A DNA stretch of 64,000 nucleotides from assembly GCF_037042905.1 (NCBI RefSeq), contig NC_087246.1, positions 3,660,001-3,724,000 on the forward strand, in the 5' to 3' direction. Under the pieces are notes generated by a model that made no database searches, was not told where the DNA came from, and worked only from the letters and a program-made list of their open reading frames with translations. Origin of the DNA: Lytechinus pictus (Eukaryota). The translations under genes were made by a program, and so were the position numbers. Shown here piece by piece: positions 52,683-64,000 of the stretch (within the stretch, counting starts at the first letter, position 1; each line of letters starts with the position of its first letter).

Positions 52683-53284
52683 AAAGGGGTGCTCCAGGCT
52701 GAAAATAGTATGATTTGAACAGATACAGGAAAATCAGACAAATAATACACTGAAAATTTGATCGAAATTGGACAATGACTAACAAAGTTATGGCAATTTT
52801 AAGATTTTATATTATTCCATTGAAACAGTTCTAGGCATGTCTTCATGAATATTCAATAAGCAAACTGATGATCCCCACTCGTTCTTTTGTATTTCATTAT
52901 ATGAAATTAGGTGGTTTTTTTTTTTTTCCTCCAAGAACTAAAAAATTTGATTAACAACTGAATAGTGCATTAGATATTCATCGCTGCAACTTATTTCATT
53001 GTTATGGAGACATATGATTCACACATGCATGAAAAAATGAAACAATTATGATTTCATGTAATAACATAAGAAAAAGGAAAGTAGGGATGTGACGTTATCA
53101 GCCCACCTAATGAATATTCATGACGACGTGCATACAACTGTTTTCCCAAAATATTGCAAAACTTTGAAATTCAATAACTTCGTTATTTGATATCATATTT
53201 TGATGAAATTTTCAGCATTTTGCTCTGTGAATTTTACTCTATTTATTTAGCTGTATTTTTTTCCAGCCCAGAGCATCTATTTAA
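52683..53284. mobile_element. Second, inverted copy of the TTAA-flanked element family at 2767-3596
   Basis: TAAAGGGGTGCTCCAGGCTGAAAA ... CCAGCCCAGAGCATCTATTTAA. The interior matches the reverse complement of ~2770-3360. More decayed relatives appear near 6550-6970, 48540-48705 and 57690-57950. Confidence 0.7.
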
Positions 53285-53699
53285 ACCAATGCTCATGAGA
53301 TTTGGCTTGTACATTGGTATTTGAATGAAGACATACACAGTGATGATTTTTATATATATTCATTACTGCGTTGCCATAGTAATGGCATATATATTGCATT
53401 TTGTTTTCATGATAGTGTAGGGGAATTCATATCCTTCAGTTATATTTTTATTTTTTTTATATTTACGATTTAAATGCTTGCTTATTATTATTATTTTAAT
53501 GATGAGACTACACTTTTGAAAAAAGTAAAGAAATTTTTGTCAACTAGACTTTCATTTTATAGTAGAGTGTGGTACATGGATATTATTATTGAGATAACAA
53601 ATGAAATGACCATTAAAATATGATTCCTTGAAAAAAAAATCACATTTCGCAGAATGATAAAGCAATGACATCATTCTGTTTGTCTTATTTTTCTTCCAG

Positions 53700-53948
53700 A
53701 TTTAATTGACTTTGTGAATGACCCCATTGCTAGCGGGGACTATGTCAAAGAGGATGACCCTCGGACCTTCCAGTCCAATAAAACCGGGCGAGGCCCTCTC
53801 AACGATGACTGGAGGGAGGTAGATGAGTTGGATGAGTTCTTGCCCAAGTATGGTTGTACAGATGTCATGTGCGCCTACAAGCTTTGCAGGGTTGAATTCA
53901 GGTACTGGGGTATGCAGAACAGAATAGAGAAGTTCATCCATGATGTTG
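53700..53948 (+). CDS. PITPNM: PITPNM coding exon 4: (D)LIDFVNDPIASGDYVKEDDPRTFQSNKTGRGPL...MCAYKLCRVEFRYWGMQNRIEKFIHDV
   Basis: Acceptor TTCTTCCAG|, donor TTG|GTGAGT, 249 nt, phase 1 to 1. Contains the KTGRGPL and MCAYKL..VEF.YWG.Q PITP motifs. Confidence 0.97.
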
Positions 53949-56202
53949 GTGAGTTCATATCTCATTTTTATTATTTACTTTTAAAGACTCTCACAAGTAT
54001 TTCTATTGTACCTTAGATATAATGTATTATGGTAAAGAAGCAATATGAATTCCTAGCTCAAATACCTTTTAATAGCCATGATACTTGCATTTGTGCTTTC
54101 ATTACTCGACTATGACACATCTACTAATAGTTTGGTAGTGATCATTTTAAGTTTGTGAAATATATACACTTCTATGTGATGGAGAGCCATCTTATTGGGC
54201 TGTCTGAATCTTTGCTTTGCAATTGAAAGATATCTACATAGAAAGATGGGATCATGATGGAGAGAAATCAAAGAGGGAAAGAGACAGACCCAGAGAGAGA
54301 GAGAGAGAGAGAGTGAAACAGAGAACAACAGACAGACAGAGAGTGTGATTAGAGAGAGATGGAGAGGGGAGGGGAGAGAGTAAAAAAAGACAAACAGACA
54401 TGCAAAGAGGGTATGGGTAGAGAGGCAGAGAGGGAAGGGAGAGACACAGAAGGACAAGGAGTGATAAAGGAAGATATTCTTAATGATTTGAATAAGATAG
54501 AGTTTCAATTTGAAACTGATTGAACACCACAAGTTGCGGAAGTGGCACATCAATGATCTCGGCCTTAAACTTCCCAGTTCTTCAATCTAATGAAATATAA
54601 TCTAACCCTATCACCTGCCTGTCAGTATTAATGTATCACATTGTCCTTGATATTATTAAAGACAGTGGGTAAAGTAGAGAAATGGCATCAAATCTCATAC
54701 TTGTACTGTTCAGATTCAGTTTGATTTATTGTACATTCACAAGAAAACCTCAGAGGGGGTGGGGGGGGGTGGTAAAATTCCTTGTAAAAAAGGACGTTTC
54801 AACGCCTTTATACCTCTACACCAACGTTACACCCCCTCCTTCTTCCTGACCTACTTTACCCATCTTCTCTTTGGAATCTTGTTTTGTTGCCATGATCAGC
54901 TCTTCAAGTTCAAGTACTACCGCAGGAATGTAGGTCAGGTTAAAATGGGAATTATTCCCTTTTCACACTCCTGTTCGCTCCCTACACTCACTTTACCTTT
55001 CTTATAATGCCCCCTCCACCTATTCATATTGACCATCATTTCCACAAATTGTCATTATGATTCCCTGCAATTTTTTTCAATTTATTTCTCCTTCCTGAAA
55101 CCTTTCAGTTTATCACTCTGTCTTCTTTATTTCCATGATTAACACGCAGTGACTCTTGCTATCCGGGCTGGATCCAGGATTAACAGGGGACACTTAAAAA
55201 TATTGACAAATATAGTTGGGGGGGAGCCTTTTTAAATTGGCACATGCTTACATCTCCTGTCATGATCATAATTTCCCTTTACCACATTTTATTTCTATCA
55301 TACCATCCTTACCCTTCTTTCCAATCTATCTGTAAGGGACTGATGAAGCTTTCAAAAAACCTTCTTCATTGCCTGTTGACATCTGTCATACAATTCACTG
55401 CAGGCATATCAGACTAATATGATTAAAACTATCCAGAATTGAACTAGTGAAAACATTCTTCCTCTGTGTATCTCTGTTTTTATATATTTTTTTTTTCTTC
55501 ATCATTAATATCATATGAAAATGTGTATGGGAAATCCCTTGCACATTACAAGACTAATAACCAAGAAGACTATAATATACAATTAGTTATTGAAAGTCAA
55601 TTTTATATCAGGTGTGATCCAATATTTGGAAATTGGCTTTTTCTGGATATGAACATTGGAGAAAAGGAACTCAGATGTGGGAATAAAACAGATTGAAACA
55701 CTTAGTAAAAAAGATGAAACAAAATGAAATGAGATTTTATGAATATGTTTCCGAACAGCCCAATACCCTAGTCCGTAGTAATTCATTATATTATATTCTT
55801 GTATAGCAAGTTTAACATAGGACTCTGCATTTCCTTGTTGAATGTTTTCTCTTATGACTAAAACTGCTAATCAAATTTAAAAAGTAAAAATCGTACTGTT
55901 GGCCGCCGTTTATATTGTAAGTTGTTATTTGTCATTTATTATTGGATGATGTGCTTGCTGTTCTGTAATATTCTGATTATTCCTTCCATGTATTTCTATT
56001 GTACCTTCCATTTGAATTGAAAGTACCTGTATGTTTTTATCAAGATGTAAGGAAGAGGAAGAGGATGTAAGGAAGAAGAAGAGGCTTGAATTTGAAGGTA
56101 TTAAAACAAGCTTTTAATGTTGAGGGTTTCAATAAAGGTTTTGCTAAAAAAAGAAAGGTTTTTGAAATCCCTGTGTGTGAATAGGCATTTTGTGCTGGCT
56201 AA

Positions 56203-56738
56203 GATCCCATTCTCAGTATATATTCTTGAACTAGTTTCCCTTAAACCAGCTTAGAAAACCAGTTTAGACAATTGCTTTTGCTAGCGTCATCAGCATCTCC
56301 TGAACTGGTTTCTGGGACTACATGAATAGTGATCTTGTTGAATATCCACGTCCTTTGGAAGCGCATAGAGACGTTATTCATAATGTATTATGCGCTATAC
56401 AAGAACTGACTATTATTATTATTGCTATCAGTGGAGTCACATGTTTTGTGCAAAATTTGAAACTGTAGTGTAGGCATTCTACACACAGTGCGTACTGAGT
56501 AGTATACCCAACATGCACACTCTCTCGTACTTCTTGTGAAGGTGGCTTCCTGAAGAACAGTTGTGTTCCCACCTATGCTTAAACCAGTTTTACAAGTCAA
56601 AGTGGTCTTGAAAACCATATGCGAGGTGGTTTGGTAAACCACTTTTAAGATCACTTCCAAGACGGATTTGAGTGTTCCCATAACACATAATAACTAGTTT
56701 CCACTAAACTAGTTTTAAGGACATATGAGAACGGGGTC
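56203..56738. mobile_element. PIF/Harbinger-like MITE containing a nested SINE/LINE 3' tail
   Basis: TAA|GATCCCATTCTCA ... TGAGAACGGGGTC|TAA, with repeated AAACCAG/AACTAGTT motifs. An internal GCGCTATACAAGAACTGAC(TAT)n tail is at ~56355-56422. Confidence 0.7.
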
Positions 56739-57202
56739 TAAATAGTCATTTGTCCCTTCAAACTAACTGCCCTCAGAGAATGTGGCCTGAAACTTGATTA
56801 TCGAACTTTAATTACAGTAATGTAAACAAGTCTTGCTGTTTCCCTCCATCTGCTCTGTCTTATTCACTCTTTTGTTTTCTTTCCTTTCTCTCTGTGTCTC
56901 ACTTGTATCTTGCTCTCTCTCTCCTGCTGTTTGCCCTTTTCTCCTCACTTTCTCTTACCTTCCCTTTCCTACCATCCCCTGTATCTTTTCTTCTCCTTTC
57001 TCTCACTCTCTTGTGCCTTATTTTCTCTATCTTCTGTTTTCCTCTCATCCTAAATCTTTTTTTCTTCTATCTCTTGATGCCAATCCTTCCCTCTATCTCC
57101 TATTCCCCATCCTCTTCTCCCTTTCCCTGTTTCTTATTCTTGTCTACCTCTCATTTCTCATTTACCTTCTCCCACCTCTTTCCCTCTCTCGGACCCTCAC
57201 AG

Positions 57203-57380
57203 CTCTGAAGAAGACAATGTTCTTAGCTCATCGTCAGGCTTGGTGTTGGCAGGATGAGTGGTATGGTTTGTGTATAGATGATATTAGAGAGCTTGAGAGA
57301 GAAGCAGCCCAGGAGCTTCAGGAGCGTATGGCAGAAGCTCACATGGATGAAGAGATTCCTGTACAGAACGTTTTAAACAG
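57203..57380 (+). CDS. PITPNM: PITPNM coding exon 5: (A)LKKTMFLAHRQAWCWQDEWYGLCIDDIRELEREAAQELQERMAEAHMDEEIPVQNVLN(R)
   Basis: Very long pyrimidine tract then CTCACAG|, donor CAG|GTATCA, 178 nt, phase 1 to 2. HRQAWCWQDEW..L..DDIR.LE marks the C-terminal end of the PITP domain. Confidence 0.95.
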
Positions 57381-58590
57381 GTATCAACTTTTAATACTTT
57401 TTTCTTTCGATTTAAAAAGGCCTGTTCACTGATTCAAATTTATGTATGTTTCTTTCGAAGGAACCTTGTGAAAAAGGTATTCCTATCAACTGTTAGTAAT
57501 TATATCAACTCAAAACTTTGAATTCGATTTGCGTAAGTTGTTATGTGTGACAAGCCTGTGGCAGGCTTTCAGGTTGGAAGAACAACTTTTGTTAAAAACA
57601 GTAGGTATAAATCGTAATATTTGTTTAACACGGTTAGTTTGATGCAGAAGAAAAAAAATATGATAAACTAAAGGAAACTGATCAGAATTATTGACCATGG
57701 TAGAGTAAATTTGGAAAGGTAATAAGTGAATTTTAAAAAAATTTGACGAAAAGTCCACCTTAACAAAAAGATAATTTAAATAAAAAGAGAAAAATCCAAC
57801 AAGCATGACACTGAAATTTCATCAAAATCGGATATAAAATAAAAAAGTTATGAGATTTTTAACTTTCGCTTAATTTCACATAACAGTTATATTCACATCC
57901 TGGTTGGTATGCAAATGAGGGGACTGATAACATCACTCACTCACTATTTATTTTTAAGCATTGATTATAGTTATGGAGATGTATTGAAAATGATAATATT
58001 ATGAAGGTCAGAATCATCTTTAAATACTTGTAACTAGTTATTGGATCTATACAATTGTGCTTTGACTACCCTTTAAATTCCACAAGTGAAGAGGATGATG
58101 TTTGAATTCTTTTTGCTGACGTCATGTTAACGTGGTATCATGAAGTTCCAAACTGCATTATTCATGCCCTGATATGTACTCTAGCAAACCAGAAGCAAAA
58201 TATATAAAGCCATGTTTCGCTTGTCTGGATCTGTATATTCTCTTAGTGTTATGTACTTCTTACCATTCTGATATCGAGTATTTGTAGATTTTGTTGAATT
58301 GGTTGATTTTAACAATCTGATAACACTGAAGGTTGATTGGTTTTGTTTTAATTTGCTCTGATTAGCGTGGGTGCTATTTTAGCTTTTATGTTCTTGCAAC
58401 ATGCTGTTAAATTCATAAACAATCCATGATGCAAATTATTTTTTCTTCACTATCATGTTCCGTTATTAAAAACTGTCTTCAACACTATGGAGATCACAGA
58501 CACACCTATTATCATAATATCTTATTTGTCTTTTGAAATATATAAACTATTTTACTACCATCTCTTTTACTATTTCTCTTACTCCTCCAG

Positions 58591-58817
58591 AATTGATAGT
58601 ATGGCATCAAGAAAGCGTTTTGAGCACAGTAATGGTTCCGCGACCACTGCATCGGAATCTGAATCAGAAAGCAGACTAGATGATGGTAGATTAGATTCTG
58701 TTGGTAGTGATTTTGGACTAGAGGAGGCAGTATTTTCATCAAAAGAGAGTTCAGCTAAGAGTGCCGCTGCTAAGGCAAAGAGGAGATTATCCAGTAGATT
58801 ATCATCAGAAAGTAGAG
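58591..58817 (+). CDS. PITPNM: PITPNM coding exon 6, Ser/acidic low-complexity linker: (R)IDSMASRKRFEHSNGSATTASESESESRLDDGRLDSVGSDFGLEEAVFSSKESSAKSAAAKAKRRLSSRLSSESR(G)
   Basis: Acceptor CTCCTCCAG|, donor GAG|GTGAGA, 227 nt. The phase 2 start matches exon 5 and the frame is open. The composition fits the linker that follows the PITP domain in class IIA proteins, but there is no conserved motif. Confidence 0.8.
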
Positions 58818-61071
58818 GTGAGATTCATTTTAGTATTTTTTTAAAAGAATAATTGATTAGAATGTATTCCTTGGAAGTTGTTCTACTTATGATTGAAGTG
58901 TGCCTGATAAATGTAAGTTCTGTGGACACATAATTGCTTGAGGGAGTCAAATAAAATTACCCTGATAATGCTATGAACAGGATTTTAAAGTCATTTTAAG
59001 TTCTGGTTGCCTAACTTGTCAGTAGCAATAAGTGTAAGTATAGCTGTTTAACAAGCATTGTAAGTGGGATCATGCGGAACCTGTTTTTTGAGGAGTAGTC
59101 ATTTTGAACATCGTTCGGAGATTTTTTTTCACTGATCAGCATTTGAAAACAAATTAACAAGCCACGCAAAAGCGAAAGGTGTGCACAGAATGTTGTATGC
59201 ATATTTAATGAGTCAGTTTGACTTTACAACTTTTACATCTTATATTTTTTTATGCTGTAGTTTAGTGAGCATATATATATTTCTCTTAGTACCTGTGTCT
59301 TTCTTTTTATATATTCCTTTCGGTTTACTCTTACCTTGAAACTGTCATTGGCACCAAAATGATACCTGTAAATCCTGTGTTCTACAATCATCTAGCACAA
59401 CAGTCGATTTAGACACTTATCTTCCTGGATATTGTCCGTATATCAAGAATTCAACTAAATACCCATTCATGTTGTTACATTGCACTATAGTTTCATAGAT
59501 TTATTCAGCCGTAGAAACACCTGTTCGCAGTGTGGATTTCTAGTGAACATTCCTTCATTTATGGAGCTTACACCCAGGCAATTTGTGGTTGTGGTTGTGA
59601 ATGATTTAACAGTCAAAGCTTTCTTCTCTGCCTCTGAGACACATCCATTTACTAGAGACAAAAATCAGGAAGTTATATCTTCTAAATATATATCTTGAGA
59701 CTGAGACATGCCTCAAGATACCCAACACATGTTGAGCACCTGGATGGAGAGAGGCAAAATGAAAATCGATGCCTTGCCAAAGAAAACAAATGCTGTGGAG
59801 GGGTTTGAACAGTCGTGCAGATGGTGTTCATTGTTAGATTTGGACGTGACTAAATGTGGACCTTAATTGAGTATAGAAACAGATTAAGATCAGAGGTCTT
59901 CATCAAACATGGTCCGAAAAGCATTCAGTTGGTTTGATGGTCATCAGAAATGAGTTTTCTCCCCCCAGTGAAAGGGTTTGTACAGCATCATGTAATATAA
60001 CAAGTCATTGGTCTCAGCTGAGCTCTTCTCACTCACATCCTATTACCCCCATGAGCTAGACACCTTGATAAAGGGATAATGGATGGTCCTAATATTGCTC
60101 AGTATATACTTGAGTAACCATGCAAGTAATTGAGACATGTGACAATGATGAAATATTCAGAGGAAGGCACATCCATCTCACCACCTGACAACAGCTAGTG
60201 ATGTCCAGGTTCTTCCATGCTCACTTGGGTGGTAGTGGTGGTGGGAATGCTGTCCTGTCTGCAAGCTCCCCCAACTTGTCCTTTGTATGTATGTGAAATA
60301 TGCAGGAATAAAAAATGGGTACTTGGGAATAGTTTCTTACAAGAGATGTGAGCACTTATATGATAAGAATAAAAGGGTAAATAATATTGAGAATTAATAG
60401 TAAGAGTTCCAAATTGTATTCCATATTGAAGGAATTATTTCCCCCATGTAGTATTCCGAGCATAGGATTTTTATTCAGCCATTGACACATTCCTGTACAC
60501 TTGATGATGTGAGTACCCCCCCCCCCCCCCCCCCCATTTTCATGTAACGTAAGGTTAGGAAGCAACTGGATGTAATCTTCTAGATAATCTTACAGGATTA
60601 ATTGCATCAATGCCAGGTTCCTTGATGAGATCCATAATGACAAAGCTAACCTGTCTGTTCAGCCATCTCCTTTTCCTCATTCTCTTTACATGTACAAATA
60701 TTTTTAAGAACAGACAAGGTCGTTGGTCCAAGCTACTGGCCAAACTGACAAGGGGGATCCCATTTACCTATCACATTCACATAAGGTTTTTTGTCTTTCA
60801 TTTAATGGCACATTCAACAATTTTCATGTTTACCAATCCTGCTTGTGTTTTGATTACTTTCATTCATTATAGAGAGAGTCACATGTGATACATTTATTTT
60901 GGTATTGAGCTTCTGTTTCTATTTTGGTGTAAATCTTTTTTTTCATTCATTCATACATTTTTGTATGGCATTCTTGTCTTTTTTCTTTGTTTGTTTCTTT
61001 GATTTTCTTTCTTTCTTTGATTTTCTTTCTTTCTTTTTTGTTTCTTTCTCTTTTGTTTGTTTGTTTGTTTC

Positions 61072-61512
<441 letters not shown>

Positions 61513-64000
61513 CTTTCTTTCTTTCTTTTTCTTTGCATCTCTTTCTCACTCTGTTCCTATGTGTCTGTCTTTTTTCAATCTCTATGCCTCATCTTTATGT
61601 TTAAGTCATTTCTCTTACCCTATTTTCCTGCCATATTTTTTCCCTGTAACCCTGGGATAATTGTGCTTGACGTCACTGGCTTTGTGATTGCCATGGAAAC
61701 CTGACATTCAGCTAAACGACTCTTTTTTTTCCGGTTCATATTATTGAGAATCCATCTCTCTCACCCCCTCCGGTCAACACACTCTCCTCTCATACAGTTC
61801 TGTGTTGTATGAAAACCACACTATACACATATTGCAACAACTTCAAATGCTGTCATAGTATACACTGTATATAGTGTGATGTACAGCTGCAAACTAAACT
61901 CTTCTTTACAGGCAAAACTTCAAAAAATGCAGATGTACATACAGGCAAAGATGATGATATGTTCATAGTACCTTCTCTGTATTATCGTTATAAGATTATG
62001 TATTTTCTCATTTATGCATATTTTTTCCCTTCATTTTATTCACCTCAGAATCAGAGAAAAGAATTTAGGTAGCAAAATGACAAATGCTCTCTTATAAAAC
62101 TATCAAGTGCTTCAACAGATTTAAGTGGAGAATTATTCCAGATGGTTTCAGTAACTTTATTTATTTCAGCTACTCATTAATTTTCATTGTAATAAGTAAG
62201 TAACTTGCTATTCCGCCACCATATATATAATTCCCTATTGAGTGCTAAGACTAGATTTTTTTTTGGGGGGGTATATTTTTAAATGTACGTAGACCGTTGA
62301 AAGTTTCTTCATGCTTATATGTTTTAATGAGAAGGGCGTGGCTGACCTTTATTGCAAATAACATCTCGCTTTCCGGGACTTCTTCATAACTCACTTGTTA
62401 TATTTGGGTATGGGTGTAACATAAGAAAATGAAGTAATGAATGAACTTCTGTTTGCATATTGTCATTCAACCAATACATTTCATAATCACAAAGACAATT
62501 GATTCATACAGATTAAAATTCTGATTTTGATGTTTGTTGTAGAATGAAAAAACAAAGAAAATTTGATTGAAGTGTTATTTGAATACTTGTATGGAATCAA
62601 TGATTTGGAACTTCAAATATTTTTTTGTTTAACTCCTTAAAAAACAATAAACTCTCTATTTGAACTGTTATGAAAATTACTTTCGTTATTTGCAGCAAAA
62701 AAGAATATGATCTGAATAGCATCAAATTATCAATCATGGATATAGATATATATGAGAAATATAATTTGAAATTACACTCATTATTTTGGATGAATTTAGT
62801 GTATTTCTGAAATATTTGCAGTATTAAAGTCCAGTGGTTAATTTTTTTAATTAAATGTCATGCATTCAGTTTGTGTGTGTGCTCTCTCAGCATTTGGCTA
62901 AAGATTTGCAGGCAAAGGAGACACCCTCATTCACTTCATGTAAGACATAATGACATTAATTGCCAAGGACGAGTTTAATCTGTAAGTTTTTACAGTATCT
63001 TAGTTTTTCATTTGTCTTGCTAGTATAAACAAGAAATTTTAACATATTTAGGCCCTTCAAAAATCAGACTTTGGTTTTAAGAATGAGATGGTAATAAATA
63101 TTGATGCAATCTAAGCGTAGATACAAGCGTGTACATCCAGCAAACTACCTTATTTTCCAGCTTATAATGACATCTCATTGAATATACCATGGCCATTCAT
63201 AATTCAACACAGTTACATGTACTAAGGTGATGTCAAAACTTAGAATATAACAAATGCTATCCTTGCAGCTTTGATTACCTGATGGGGCATTGTCTGACAG
63301 CTGATTAGAATCTACATAAACTATAGATGTAATATTTAACAACACAGTTGGAGAGGACGTTGGAGCAATTAAGGACGTTCCACAGTTATGTTTGTGCGCA
63401 TCATGATCTACGCATATTTTACACTGTGCGCGCTGACGTCACAATGGATGAACTGGCGATTTAATCAGCTGTAGGTAATGTGAGCTGATTTTTCTCCTTA
63501 TATCTGCACTAACTGCAGATAATGTGTTATTTTATGAAGCTAATAAACTGGAATTATTCCATGGACCATTTTTTTTATTCCTCTACAATTTCAAAATAGT
63601 TTCTCTGTAGTGCTGCAAAGTATGATGAATATGACCCTGAGTTTGAATAAATGGAAAAGTGGTTCAGAATTTTTCCTCACAAAGATACTGCTTTTGGTGC
63701 GTTTTCGGGTGTTTTAAGAAGCAAATTTGCTCTAATAAGAGTGCTGATAGTTTGAAAACAAGCACATGAACCCATATCTTTTAATGTTTGCACCTCTTAG
63801 GTATACCTTCCTCTACAACTTTGCAAAGTTTGGTGAAAATTACATGTTTTGAATAAAGTGCAGCATTTCTTTTACTTCTCAAGTTTGTTATTGAAATTTG
63901 AAATTTTTGAGGTTGAGTACCTTTCCCCACAATTTCTAAGAACTGAGAGTGTTGTTAGACTTAAATGAGCAAACAATTGACAGCAATATAGATTATCCAT

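Noticed and set aside
53702..53965. Minus-strand 87-aa ORF
   Set aside because: Antisense shadow of PITPNM exon 4.
56833..57202. Hydrophobic N-terminal part of the 199-aa ORF
   Set aside because: It is the intronic polypyrimidine tract upstream of the exon 5 acceptor, not coding.

Overview
AT-rich, repeat-dense eukaryotic (metazoan) genomic DNA. The repeat styles suggest a marine invertebrate such as a sea urchin, but that is inference only. The only protein-coding gene I can support well is a + strand class IIA membrane-associated phosphatidylinositol transfer protein (rdgB/PITPNM/Nir type). Six coding exons (26047-26124, 48846-48978, 52140-52343, 53700-53948, 57203-57380, 58591-58817) join in frame through GT-AG introns. 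They give about 356 codons covering the whole PITP domain and the start of a Ser/acidic linker; the rest of the gene probably lies beyond the window. The first 26 kb look like its 5' UTR/intronic region, with a candidate bidirectional promoter near 1.7 kb and candidate alternative promoters and non-coding exons. The remainder is non-autonomous DNA transposons, several with readable TIRs and TSDs (hAT-, Tc1/mariner-, Harbinger-, Kolobok-, Sola-, Academ- and Helentron-like), tRNA-derived SINEs and microsatellites. The most unusual structures are a putative ~9.9 kb TTA-flanked composite element and a 2.75 kb fully palindromic Academ-like element built from ~187-bp repeats, both in the 22.7 kb first coding intron. 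No prokaryotic-type system such as CRISPR is present. Most ORFs in the supplied track are spurious.
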